Origin: Wolbachia endosymbiont of Litomosoides sigmodontis
Lineage (GTDB): Bacteria; Pseudomonadota; Alphaproteobacteria; Rickettsiales; Anaplasmataceae
Direction: 5' to 3'
Length of the DNA stretch: 32,000 bases
NCBI RefSeq assembly: GCF_013365435.1
Contig: NZ_CP046577.1
Location: 1,013,803-1,045,802, forward strand
Shown: in pieces, positions 10,824 to 21,250 of the stretch
Numbering within the stretch: the first letter of the stretch is position 1
How the letters are laid out: each line of letters starts with the position of its first letter
Made by a program: the position numbers and the translations under genes
The notes under the pieces: model-generated
Database searches by the model: none
Told to the model about the DNA's origin: nothing
The model's input: only the letters and a program-made list of their open reading frames with translations

Positions 10824-11306
10824 GTGATTGAGCAAAAAGATAAATATCGTCCTTGCGTTGGCATAATGCTATTTAACAAACAAGGACATGTATTCATTGG
10901 GAAACGCTTTGATAGCGACTCTTACTGGCAAATGCCACAAGGGGGAATTGATGATGGTGAAAAGCTAGAGAAAGCAGCACTACGGGAATTGCTAGAGGAA
11001 GTTGGTACTGATAAAGCAAAGATTATAGCTAAAAATAAGGATTGGATATATTACAACTTGCCTAAGGAAATTATACCAACATGCTGGAACGGGAGATATT
11101 TTGGCCAAAAGCAAAGGTGGTTCTTAATGAAATTTAATGGAGAAGATAAAGATATTAATATCAACTATACTGATCATCCAGAGTTTAAGGCGTGGCGTTG
11201 GCAAAGTGTAGATAATTTAGTAGCTAATGCCATACCATTTAAAAAGAAAGTTTATAAAACAGTGATAGAAGAGTTTTCTCCTCAAATCAAAGTCTCTATA
11301 TATTAA
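10824..11306 (+). CDS. rppH: RNA pyrophosphohydrolase (Nudix; RppH/NudH/IalA type)
   Basis: 160 aa with a GTG start. Nudix box GGIDDGEKLEKAALRELLEEVG, plus WQMPQGG and QKQRWFLMKF. Confidence 0.9.
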   Translation: MIEQKDKYRPCVGIMLFNKQGHVFIGKRFDSDSYWQMPQGGIDDGEKLEKAALRELLEEVGTDKAKIIAKNKDWIYYNLPKEIIPTCWNGRYFGQKQRWFLMKFNGEDKDININYTDHPEFKAWRWQSVDNLVANAIPFKKKVYKTVIEEFSPQIKVSIY

Positions 11307-12339
11307 TACTAATTCCCACTATACAAGGAACATATAAACAATAATAAAAGAGAAGCCTTACTAAGTAAGGTAGCAAGATTCAAATGACATTGAAATCAAT
11401 AATTATCAAATGAAAAAACCGTAAAATCAGCAAAAGAAACACTGAAAAAAGTACAAAATAACGCATATGTTACATTCAAGAACAGCATTGACTATATGGA
11501 TAAAGCGCTAAAATTTAGAAGAGAAGAAAAGTTGTTTACTCTCTATCAAAGTTATAGAAAAACTAGATTGAATTAGAGTTAATTTAAATAAGTTGAAGCA
11601 CGAATACAAGAAAGTTATAACATCACCATTTAAAGAAATAAGAATAAAAAAATCCAGAAAAATTTTTGCTTAAATGTCAGTAAGTCCTACAATACACCAT
11701 AATATACAAAAATGAGTTTTCATGTATTATATCAAGATTAATTCACAATAAATAAGATATAAGGTAGACAGGAAGAGTTAAAAAAACTTAATGAGACTAT
11801 TGGTAGGTATCCTGAACAAGAGTTATTCATCTTTGATGAATTGCAGTTTGGTACATGTTCAAAAGTTGAGTACTGGTGATTTAAAAAAGGCGTTAAAACA
11901 CAGATTAAAGCAAAATTAGGTAGATAAAACTTTTACCTCTATAATGCAGTTAATCCTAGAAAAGAAGAGAGTTTTTAGCTTATTTGTCCTAAATGTGTGA
12001 TCAACACTGATTGTATGAATATATTTTTTGAACAAATACCACAATATTTAAGAATATTAGGAACCTTTCTTATTATGGACTGTGCTAGTTGATCTAAGTC
12101 AAAAAATTTAGAAGTATCTAAAATATCTAGGCTATATATCTACACCACACCTACCTAAGCTTAATCATATTGAGAGACTTTAATTGTATATAAACAGAAT
12201 ATTTTATGAACAAAAAGTCTATAATAGAATTGCATTACTATGAGAGCGCTTTGTGTAAATTTATCATCTCTCTTTTTCACTACTCAATTAAACAACTTTG
12301 ATAATGTTATTCATGACTCAAATAATAATGAATTAATAT
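11307..12339 (+). mobile_element. Degenerate full-length IS630-family element (transposase pseudogene)
   Basis: Left end TA|CTAATTCCCACTATACAAGG starts directly after the rppH stop codon. It is colinear with the other copies and retains ...ELFIFDELQFGTCSKVE... and ...IERL*LYINRI... remnants. There is no ORF of 60 codons or more. Confidence 0.85.
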
Positions 12340-12768
12340 CAATATCCATTCACTCAATCTAGCATACTATTTTTATAGTAAACACTATTTACAAAAAAAA
12401 CTCAAAGAAAATTAAGGATTAATTTTATTTACGTGTATGAAAATAAAAAACCTCCTTATTTTCAATTTTCCCCAAAAATGGAATATAGAGGAGTTTTTTC
12501 ATCTTTTTCCTCTAGTTGATATTCTAGTCTGTAATTCAGTTTGGCAAAATGATTAATACATACCTCCATAAATGGTAGTTTAAGCTTTTCAAAAAGCCAA
12601 AATTCCATATAATTCTAGTTATAAATTATAGATTCTAGAAAAGATACTATCACAGATTCATTAAATATGAACAATTTCCTAAAAAACGAGCAGTATTATT
12701 TTCGCATAGTGCAAAGTGTTCCCATTTAAATTCTATGTCGTCCATATAATCAACTTACTTAAAAAATT

Positions 12769-15276
12769 ATGAATTTCTTTAGAGAAAAAAACACTCCTGT
12801 AATAGAGCAATATTTAAGACTAAAAGCTCAATATCAGGATCATCTGTTATTTTATAGACTGGGAGATTTTTACGAGTTATTTTTTGATGATGCTATTAAA
12901 GCTGCAAAGTTGTTGAATATAGTACTAACTAAGAGGGGCAATTCGTATGGGCAAGAAGTGCCGATGTGTGGAGTGCCAGTACATAGTAGTGAATCTTACC
13001 TTCATAAATTAATAGATTTAGGATTTAAAGTAGCAATCTGCGATCAGTTAGAAACTGCTGATGAAGCAAAAAGGAGAGGCTATAAATCTATAGTAAAACG
13101 TGATGTAGTGCGAATTATAACTCCAGGGACAATTGTTGAAGATTCGCTATTAGAGGATAAAAACAACAATTATCTCGCATCTATAGTTGAGCAAAATGGG
13201 GAGTACGCTATTGGCTGGCTTGAATTGTCAACAGGAAAATTTTTTCATACCTTAACGAATTTAAAAGCTCTGGACAGTGATTTATTGCGCATATCACCAA
13301 AAGAATTACTAATTTCTGATAAATTAGCTGAGGATAAAAAAATCAGATCAATTTTAAAAAATTATAAAATATCGATTACGCAGCATGCACAGAGCTTTTT
13401 TGAGCATAATAAATCTCATAGAACACTGTGCGAATTTTATAAAGTTAGAGAACTTGGGGTTATAGGAAATTTCAGCAAAGTGGAGATTATGGCGTGTGGT
13501 ACACTGCTTGAATATGTTAGAGTAACACAAAAAGGCTCCATTCCAAGACTTGAATTACCAAAACCCTATAAGCAGCAAAATTTCATGCTTATTGATACCT
13601 CAGCAAGAAGAAATCTTGAGTTATTTTTAACTCAGTCTGGTGAAAAGAAAGGCTCACTAATTTCAGTTATCGATCACACAGTAACAGCTTCTGGTGGACG
13701 TTTGCTAAAACAAATGCTTGCATCACCGCTCGCTTGTTCTAAGGCGATTAACTTGAGGCTCAGTACCATTGAATTTTTTGTAAATAACCATGAACCACGC
13801 AAGAAAATACGGGAAATATTATCTAACATTTCAGATATTGAAAGGTGTTTATCACGTTTAATGCTGGGACGTGGTTCACCAAAAGATATTAATTTATTAA
13901 AAATAGGCCTTGGAAAAACTTTAGAGTTATCTCAGCTTTTATCTAGAATTAAATCTAGTAAAAATGAACCTCTCTTACAAGAATGTATCATCCCAATATT
14001 TGATGCTGAGATTCAACAATCAGTGACGCGTGCTGAAATGACAGTAAAATCAGATGAAAATGAACTTAGTATGATACATAAAAGCCTTGGCAACCATAAA
14101 GACCTATTAGAGCTTCTAAACAGCGCTGTACTTGATAATAATCTCAGCTCTGCAAAAGAAGGAGGATTTATCAATCCAAAATATAATCAAGAGCTATCCG
14201 AGTTATCTTATGTGCTGAGTAATAGCAACAAACTAATAACAAAACTTCGTGAATCTTACCGTGACCTGACTGGTATTGCTACGTTAAAAATATTACACAA
14301 TAACATACTAGGCTATTACATTGAAGTATCAGCAAACCACAAAATAACTTCAGATATATTTATTCACAGGCAAAGCTTAGCAAATAGCACGCGCTATACT
14401 ACTAATGAATTAAAAAAATTAGAAAATAAAATTCTTACAGCACGTGATGCTCTAATCAGCTTAGAAATAAAAATCTTTAGTGAATTGTGTAGTAAAATTG
14501 CTAAAGAATCTGAGAGTATTGCTCTTGCTGCAAATGCTTTGGCAAAACTCGATATCAGAACCGCGTTTGCAGAGCTTGCGGTACAAAATAGTTACACGAA
14601 ACCCATCATTGACGATAGTAAGGAATTCAATATCTGCAATGGAAGACACCCAGTTATTGAAAATAACGATAAATTCATTGCAAATAGCATCAATTTATCT
14701 GGTATACATCTAATTACTGGTCCTAATATGGCTGGAAAAAGCACTTTCTTGAGACAAAACGCTCTCATTGCAATTTTAGCTCATATGGGCTCATTTGTGC
14801 CAGCAGATAGTGCACACATTGGAGTGATTGATAAGATATTCAGCAGGGTTGGCGCAACAGATAATATAACAGCTGGTTACTCTACCTTCATGGTGGAGAT
14901 GCTTGAAACAGCAACCATAATCAATCAGGCAACAGATCGTTCCTTGGTAATACTTGATGAAATTGGTAGAGGAACAGGAGTATATGATGGCTTATCTATT
15001 GCTCAGGCAGTGATTGAACATATTCACAATGTAAATAAGTGCCGTGCCATCTTTGCAACTCATTATCATGAACTAACTAAAGTAAGCAAATACTTGAAAA
15101 GTGTAAAATGTTTCTGCGTAAGAATAAAAGAATGGAATGGAGAAGTGATTTTTTTACGTGAAGTAGTTGAGGGCGTTGCAGATGAGTCATACGGGATACA
15201 TGTGGCAAAACTTGCTGGTTTTCCTGACCATATTTTAAATAGAGCAAGCGAAGTTCTTGAAGAGCTAAAAGCTTAA
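12769..15276 (+). CDS. mutS: DNA mismatch repair protein MutS
   Basis: 835 aa. N-terminal [34 protein letters not shown], Walker [14 protein letters not shown], plus [12 protein letters not shown] and FATHYHELT. Confidence 0.95.
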   Translation: MNFFREKNTPVIEQYLRLKAQYQDHLLFYRLGDFYELFFDDAIKAAKLLNIVLTKRGNSYGQEVPMCGVPVHSSESYLHKLIDLGFKVAICDQLETADEAKRRGYKSIVKRDVVRIITPGTIVEDSLLEDKNNNYLASIVEQNGEYAIGWLELSTGKFFHTLTNLKALDSDLLRISPKELLISDKLAEDKKIRSILKNYKISITQHAQSFFEHNKSHRTLCEFYKVRELGVIGNFSKVEIMACGTLLEYVRVTQKGSIPRLELPKPYKQQNFMLIDTSARRNLELFLTQSGEKKGSLISVIDHTVTASGGRLLKQMLASPLACSKAINLRLSTIEFFVNNHEPRKKIREILSNISDIERCLSRLMLGRGSPKDINLLKIGLGKTLELSQLLSRIKSSKNEPLLQECIIPIFDAEIQQSVTRAEMTVKSDENELSMIHKSLGNHKDLLELLNSAVLDNNLSSAKEGGFINPKYNQELSELSYVLSNSNKLITKLRESYRDLTGIATLKILHNNILGYYIEVSANHKITSDIFIHRQSLANSTRYTTNELKKLENKILTARDALISLEIKIFSELCSKIAKESESIALAANALAKLDIRTAFAELAVQNSYTKPIIDDSKEFNICNGRHPVIENNDKFIANSINLSGIHLITGPNMAGKSTFLRQNALIAILAHMGSFVPADSAHIGVIDKIFSRVGATDNITAGYSTFMVEMLETATIINQATDRSLVILDEIGRGTGVYDGLSIAQAVIEHIHNVNKCRAIFATHYHELTKVSKYLKSVKCFCVRIKEWNGEVIFLREVVEGVADESYGIHVAKLAGFPDHILNRASEVLEELKA
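13985..14045. repeat. Degenerate two-hairpin palindromic element inserted in frame in mutS
   Basis: tatcatcccaatatttgatgctgagattcaa..caatcagtgacgcgtgctgaaatgacag, translated [19 protein letters not shown]. It shares its organisation with the repeats at 20536-20598 and 25081-25166. Confidence 0.55.
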
Positions 15277-15342
15277 TCAAGAAAGTCGTTAATTGTAAAA
15301 TTTAATATAAGTAGTAAAATAGAACTACTTAATAAAAAATAT

Positions 15343-16527
15343 ATGTTAATTAATACAACATTGGAGCTGGAGAATATATGTGAAGAGCTAATAGCAAAAA
15401 AGCCGAAGTTTATAGCAGTTGATACGGAATTTATTAGAAATCACTTAACCTATTACCCCAAATTGTCGTTAATTCAAATTTCTTATGGAAAGAAGAATTT
15501 TATTATAGATGTATTAGCACCAGAGATTGATTTATCATTTATTAAGAAAATCATGCTCAACCAAGAAATAACTAAAGTATTCCATAGTTGTCGGCAAGAT
15601 ATAGAGTCTCTATTCACTATGTTAAAATGTATTCCTGCTCCTATTTTTGATACCCAAGTTGCTGCTATGTTTTGTCATTATTATCACGACTTTATTGGTT
15701 ACTCAAAAGTAGTAGAACAATACCAAGGAGTAGTATTAGATAAAATTAAAGCTAAAAATTCAGATTGGTTAAGAAGGCCATTGTCCGAGGATCAATTAGA
15801 CTACGCAATAAGCGATGTGGTACACTTATATGACTTACACCAAATATTATACGATAGACTTGAAGAAAATAGCAGAATAGACTGGTTTTATGAGGAGATG
15901 GAATCAGTAGTTGATATAAATAGATATTTGCATAATCCAAAAGATGCATGGAAGAAGATTAAGTTTAATTATGAGGTAAATCCAAAATTGATGGTAACTA
16001 TTAAAGCAGTTAGTGAATGGCAAGAGACCTTAGCACAGCGTTATAATATAAACCGTAATAAAATAGTGAATAATGCTGTAGTAGCTGGTCTTATTGAAAA
16101 AAACGTGGAACACGTTGACGAAATTTTGGATGATCTTAGGAGGAACACAAAAAATATAAGAGAGGAAGATTTATTAGAATTTATAGATGTTTTTAATGAA
16201 AATGAGAAAAACTTTATGCAGCAAGATTATACTTTGTTAAAAAATTATGATAGGTCTGTATTCGATATGCTCTCAATTATTTTAGAGAACAAATGTAAGG
16301 AAAATAATATATCAAGAAAATTGGTTTCGTCAAAAGATGAATTAGTTGAATCAATGCACGGTCAGGTAGATAAACTATTTAAGGGATGGAGATATATTTT
16401 TTTTGGTATGTCAATTGAGTCATTTTTGAATGAAAACTCAAAGTTTGAAATTTCAGTAATAAAATCTGCAAATAATACAGTCAAAATTCGGAGTGACTTA
16501 GTGAAGGTAAATTGTAAATTGAATTAA
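15343..16527 (+). CDS. rnd: Ribonuclease D
   Basis: 394 aa. DEDD exonuclease motifs AVDTEF, HSCRQDIE and DYAISDVVHL. The C-terminus is HRDC-like. Confidence 0.85.
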   Translation: MLINTTLELENICEELIAKKPKFIAVDTEFIRNHLTYYPKLSLIQISYGKKNFIIDVLAPEIDLSFIKKIMLNQEITKVFHSCRQDIESLFTMLKCIPAPIFDTQVAAMFCHYYHDFIGYSKVVEQYQGVVLDKIKAKNSDWLRRPLSEDQLDYAISDVVHLYDLHQILYDRLEENSRIDWFYEEMESVVDINRYLHNPKDAWKKIKFNYEVNPKLMVTIKAVSEWQETLAQRYNINRNKIVNNAVVAGLIEKNVEHVDEILDDLRRNTKNIREEDLLEFIDVFNENEKNFMQQDYTLLKNYDRSVFDMLSIILENKCKENNISRKLVSSKDELVESMHGQVDKLFKGWRYIFFGMSIESFLNENSKFEISVIKSANNTVKIRSDLVKVNCKLN

Positions 16528-16612
16528 CCATAAAGACTTAATAAATCTACTATATCTTTTACTTGAGAGAGAACATATTCTTTACTTGCTCTGGTGTCAA
16601 TGATAAAGTCAC

Positions 16613-17125
16613 TCATTTGCCTTTTTTTTTAACAGGTAATTGGATACTAAAAATTAGATTCAGCTTTTTTTTATCCATATTACGTTCACTGAGCCTTTGA
16701 GCTTGTGTAGTACTATCTGCATAGACGAAAACAATAAAGTCGCAATATAAACGAAATCTCACTTCTAGTAGAAGTGGAACGTCTAAAACTAAGAGTTTTC
16801 TATCGATCCCTTTCTCACGAGCAATAAAAATTTCCAGTTCATTTCGCACAGAGGAATGAACTAAAGATTGGAATTGTCTCCAATTTTCATCATAAATTAA
16901 GAAATATTTGGACAATACTGTTTTATCTATTTTACCATTTATTATTACTCCAGGAAATTTTTTTTCTGCGTAGCTTATTATGTTTTTATCCATTCTATAA
17001 AACTGGCGTACAACAGAATCAGCATCAAATACAGCAGCACCAAATCTTTTAAAGCAATTTGCTACAAAACTCTTCCCTACTCCAATTCCACCCGTTAGAC
17101 CTATAATCATATACAAAAAACACAT
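16613..17125 (-). CDS. coaE: Dephospho-CoA kinase, C-terminally truncated by a frameshift at a T9/A9 run; conserved C-terminus continues to 16524 in the +1 frame
   Basis: P-loop MIIGLTGGIGVGKS, with LVLDVPLLLE. The ORF stops 3 codons after the homopolymer at 16622-16630. The next frame reads MSDFIIDTRASKEYVLSQVKDIVDLLSLYG*. Confidence 0.85.
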   Translation of the reverse strand: MCFLYMIIGLTGGIGVGKSFVANCFKRFGAAVFDADSVVRQFYRMDKNIISYAEKKFPGVIINGKIDKTVLSKYFLIYDENWRQFQSLVHSSVRNELEIFIAREKGIDRKLLVLDVPLLLEVRFRLYCDFIVFVYADSTTQAQRLSERNMDKKKLNLIFSIQLPVKKKGK

Positions 17126-17171
17126 TATGAAGCTATACTTAAAGTAGCTGCTTTTTTTTATGTGTCTACTT

Positions 17172-18248
17172 ATATCAATTCTTATTGTTAATAGTCCAAA
17201 TAAGTGACATTGTAGAGTTGTTTAATTATGGAGTGAGAAAGAGAGGTAATAAATTTGCACAAAGCGCTCTCAAGCAAAGCAATTGTACTATAGACTTTAT
17301 TACGCAAAATACTCTGTTTTATATATAACCAAAAATCTCTCAATAGAATTGAGTTTTGATGAGTATGGTGATAGGTATATAATCTTGATATTTTTAGATA
17401 CCTTTAAGTTTTTTGAATTATGTAAACTAACATAATTCATGACAAAAAAGTCTTTTCGTATTCTTAAATATTACGACATCTGTTCAAGAAATATATTTAT
17501 ACAATTAGTGTTAATATTCGCAGTATAAATAAGTTAGCACTCTCTCCATTTCTAGAATTAACTGCACTGTAAAGATAAAAATTTTATCTACCTAATTTTA
17601 CTTTAGCCTATGTCCTAATACCATTTTTAAACTACCTGTGCCCAACTTTCAAATGTGTGCAACTTAGGACTTATCTAAGATGAATAACTTTTACTCAGGA
17701 TATCACTAATAGTCTCATTAAGTTTTTTATACTCTTCCTATTTGCTTTATCTTGTTCATTATAAATTGGTCTTAGTATATCATGGTTATGATATAGATTT
17801 GCTAACATTTAAGCTAAATTTCTCCTAGATTCTTATTTTTATTTCTTTAATGGCAATACTAGAATTTTCTTGCATCCATACTTCAATTCGTTTAAACTAA
17901 CTCTAATTCGATCCAGTTTTTCTACATCGTTAATGAGAAGTAAATAATTTTTCTTCTCTTCCAAAGTTTAGGTGCCTAGCTCATGTAGTCAATGCTGTTT
18001 TTGAGTGCAACATATTTTTGCCACGGCTGTTGTTATACTGTGCTTTTTGCTACAATTATAGCATTTAGTTCTTTTACAAAATATACACGTTATTTTGCAT
18101 TTTCTTCAGCGTTCCTTTTGCCAATTTCACAATTTTTTATTCAAAAATTATTGATTTCAACGTCATTTCAACCTTGCTACTTTACTACTTCAGTAAGGCT
18201 TCTTTTCTATTATTGTTCATACGTTCCTTGTATAGTGGAAATTAGTAT
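17172..18248 (-). mobile_element. Degenerate full-length IS630-family element (transposase pseudogene)
   Basis: The right-end TIR (TCAATTCTTATTGTTAATAG) is at 17175 and the left end (rc TACTAATTTCCACTATACAAGG) is at 18248. It is colinear with the other copies on the reverse strand and has no intact ORF. Confidence 0.85.
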
Positions 18249-18705
18249 TATGAGCATGCTTTATTTAAAGACAGAGCATTTCTTGCCTTTCTTCTAAGAG
18301 ATATATTCTGCAATAACCTTAAACTTACCACTAATATTAATATGAGCTCTTCAAGTTTTTTGTACCCTAGCGTAAAAGAAATTAATATGGTTGATAGAGT
18401 CATCAATATAATTGAAAATAAAATAGAGCAACCTTTTCTTCATATCTATCGCCAATACAAGTGCCAAATATAGCAGCACAGATTAATCTCATCAGAAAAT
18501 TCACTGCAAACAAATACCTCAAAAGCCTTTAATATGCTAGCCAACTAATCGCCAGTTATTTTATAGGTGACCAAAAAACATGTGATCACACTATAATTAA
18601 AGTGTTATAAATTAAACTTGATAGTATTACTCTTGTTACTTACCACATAATCTTTTACATTCAGAATATGAAGAGTAAAATAAATCAGGAGGTTTCTTGT
18701 TCATT
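18249..18705 (-). pseudogene. ProP-like MFS transporter remnant (N-terminal about 150 codons), cut off by the IS at 18248
   Basis: Minus-strand fragments: FLMRLICAAIFGTCIGDRYEEKVALFYFQL, matching the MFS G-x-x-x-GDRxGRK loop. After a frameshift: LFSIILMTLSTILISFTLGYKKLEELILILVVSLRLLQNISLRRKARNAL, matching the RLLQGxSxGGE region. This runs straight into the IS terminus. Confidence 0.45.
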
Positions 18706-20224
18706 GATTACATATAAATTTAAAAGTGACAAGAGTTTTGAGTCTTCAGCCAATTACAAGCCATAACAAAGTTGTAGGTTTTAAATTGCTGATGCAACTA
18801 ACTTCCTAACCGTAGAATCTTTTAAAGTCTTATTCATACACTCAACTTACTCAAGGTAAAAAATTTGACATCTTTTTAACGTTTTAGCATAATTATATAC
18901 GTAGAAAAAACTCAAAAAGTTTTACCTAGTACAGTTTTTTATGCTCATTTAATAGTTTTTTTAAAGAGAAGTATTTTTAAAATACAAAGAAAGATTTGTG
19001 TCTAATAAATGGTAGAAATTTATATGGTTAAGTTGCTTTGAACGATTTGTGAATTAACAAAAAATCTTTTATTAGAGCATTTTATATGCATCGAGGAAAA
19101 ACTTGTTAAGTAGATGACTTAATCAAGAAAGTCAAGAATAGTATTATTACTCCAGATAGAGTGAACCATCAGAATTAGACAGAAAGTAAGCAACAGTTTT
19201 AACAAAATAAAAGTTTTTATAGAGGTAGAAAAAAGAAATATTGAAGTATATTGCATTTGACTTAAAGAAGATAAATAAAAGAATTTCTTAAAAGAGTTTA
19301 AACAAATGTACACAGATTTCTTAGAAAAAGAAAAAATACCCTCCTTAGCAAGGAGAAAATTAAAGATATTAGCTGTAGTATACTTAAATATGGCAACAAT
19401 AAATAAAATCAGTATATAAAAATACTTTATGAACCTATTATAAGTGGAAATCTTGGACATACCATACTAATAAAGAAAAATCTAGATAGTAGTTTTGCAT
19501 TTTATAATCTTAATTATGATGCAGCTTTTAATCTGACAGAAGAACAGCTATGTAAGGCTGTATAATCATTTTATAGCTACATGAGAATAAGCAAATTGTG
19601 TATTGCCGCGCTATTAATCTTATTAACCTTACTGTTGCTGGAATTGCCATAGCAGTATACGATTATAATACAATTGCCAGTGTATCACTATAATTTATTT
19701 AGCAGACTTGTCAATTTTGTGTTGCTTAAATGAAAAATTAGTGCTGCAAATGTATAATACTATTACATCAGCCAATAAGTATAACAGCTCTTTGTTAAAG
19801 AGAGTGAAACTGAATTAAAAAATTCATAGGTATTGGATAATAAACGACAAATCAAAGAATGCAGCTATTATAATTGATTCACAAGTAAAAAGTGTAACTG
19901 AGAAAAACCTAACTTTAAACAACATTTATAACCTATATCTTATAACTTATAACCACCTCTTTCACCAAATAGGTAGAGTGAGAGAGTATACATCACAGTT
20001 TGTTTTATATCATAGTGATATGTCTTATTTTTTGAAACACGGGAAAAAATATGAGTATGATATAAATACTATGTTAATAACGATATCTCATTAAATTTTA
20101 ATATTTTTTATATTATTGACTATATTAAGCATTTTTATATTATTGCCAATATGTTTCTATAAAATACCATGCTTAAGTAAAAAAAGTTATTTTTATATGG
20201 ACAAAATCTTTTGATAAAACAGCT

Positions 20225-21226
20225 ATGACACATACTCCAGTCTTGTTAAAAGAGATGCTATCACAACTTTCACCACAAAATGGTGGTATATATGTAGATG
20301 CCACATTCGGAGCTGGTGGATATAGCAAAGCAATACTGGAGTCAGCTGATTGCAAAGTGTATGCAATTGATAGAGATAAGACTGTTATTAAATTTTATGA
20401 AGATTTAAATGTTAGATATCCCAGCAGGATAAAGCTATTTATTGAAAGATTTAGCAATATGAAAAATATATTAGACAATGATAGCCTTGAATGCTTAGTA
20501 GATCCCTCTATTACCTCAAAATCCTCTTCCGTTATCTCATCTATGATTCAAAAAAAAAATATATGTATTCCAGTGTCAAACACTGAAATGACACTAAGTA
20601 ATGCTGTAGATGGGGTTGTATTTGACATAGGAGTTTCATCTATGCAACTTGATGACGGAGATAGAGGATTTTCATTTTTACACGATGGTCCGCTTGACAT
20701 GAGCATGGACAACTCCTCTCATATAAACGCTTCAACATTTGTTAACGCTTTACGTGAAAAAGAAATTGCAAATACTATATATAACTACGGAAATGAGCGT
20801 CATTCATATAAAATTGCAAGAGCGATAGTAAATGCACGGAAGAAAAAAACTATTAAAACTACATTAGAGCTTGCAAATATTGTGCGTTCTGTAGTGTTTC
20901 GTAGAAAAAGTAAAATTGATCCTGCAACTAAGACATTTCAGGCAATCAGAATATGGGTAAACGACGAGCTGGAAGAACTTAAAAAGGGCATTAAAGCAGC
21001 ATCTGAAATTTTAAATAAGAATGGCAAGTTAATAGTTGTCACTTTTCATTCTTTAGAAGACCGTATAGTCAAAACTTTTTTTAAAAGTTTATGCGAGCCA
21101 AGATCTACCGATTGTAAGGCATTCTCTCTTCTAAATAAAAAAACAATCAAAGCAAGCGCAGAAGAAGTAAATGCAAACCCACGTTCGCGTTCAGCAAAGC
21201 TAAGAGCTATACAGAGGTTATTATAA
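20225..21226 (+). CDS. rsmH: 16S rRNA (cytosine1402-N4)-methyltransferase RsmH (MraW)
   Basis: 333 aa with HTPVLLKEML, DATFGAGGYS, FDIGVSSMQLD, VVTFHSLEDRIVK and NPRSRSAKLR. Confidence 0.95.
   Translation: MTHTPVLLKEMLSQLSPQNGGIYVDATFGAGGYSKAILESADCKVYAIDRDKTVIKFYEDLNVRYPSRIKLFIERFSNMKNILDNDSLECLVDPSITSKSSSVISSMIQKKNICIPVSNTEMTLSNAVDGVVFDIGVSSMQLDDGDRGFSFLHDGPLDMSMDNSSHINASTFVNALREKEIANTIYNYGNERHSYKIARAIVNARKKKTIKTTLELANIVRSVVFRRKSKIDPATKTFQAIRIWVNDELEELKKGIKAASEILNKNGKLIVVTFHSLEDRIVKTFFKSLCEPRSTDCKAFSLLNKKTIKASAEEVNANPRSRSAKLRAIQRLL
20483..20600. repeat. Degenerate palindromic element inserted in frame in rsmH
   Basis: About 35 extra codons (SLECLVDPSITSKSSSVISSMIQKKNICIPVSNTEMT) sit between the conserved F..M.N.L and VDGVVFDIGVSS segments. 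The insert contains an A10 run and the hairpin ccagtgtcaaacactg followed by aaatgac. Confidence 0.55.
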
Positions 21227-21250
21227 GAATTTTCTGTATCCATTCAATAG

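Noticed and set aside
15271-15290. A 16-bp exact repeat, cttaatcaagaaagtc, at 15272 (mutS stop region) and about 19116.
   Set aside because: In 32 kb of AT-rich sequence, a few 16-mers are expected to recur by chance. There is no extended similarity around them.
19900-20224. Possible mraZ remnant directly upstream of rsmH (...NL*PPLSPNR*SERVYITV... versus the MraZ D.KGR.s.P..fR....v.it).
   Set aside because: Only about 10 loosely matching residues across several stops. The spacing to rsmH does not fit a full-length mraZ. It rests on positional expectation only.
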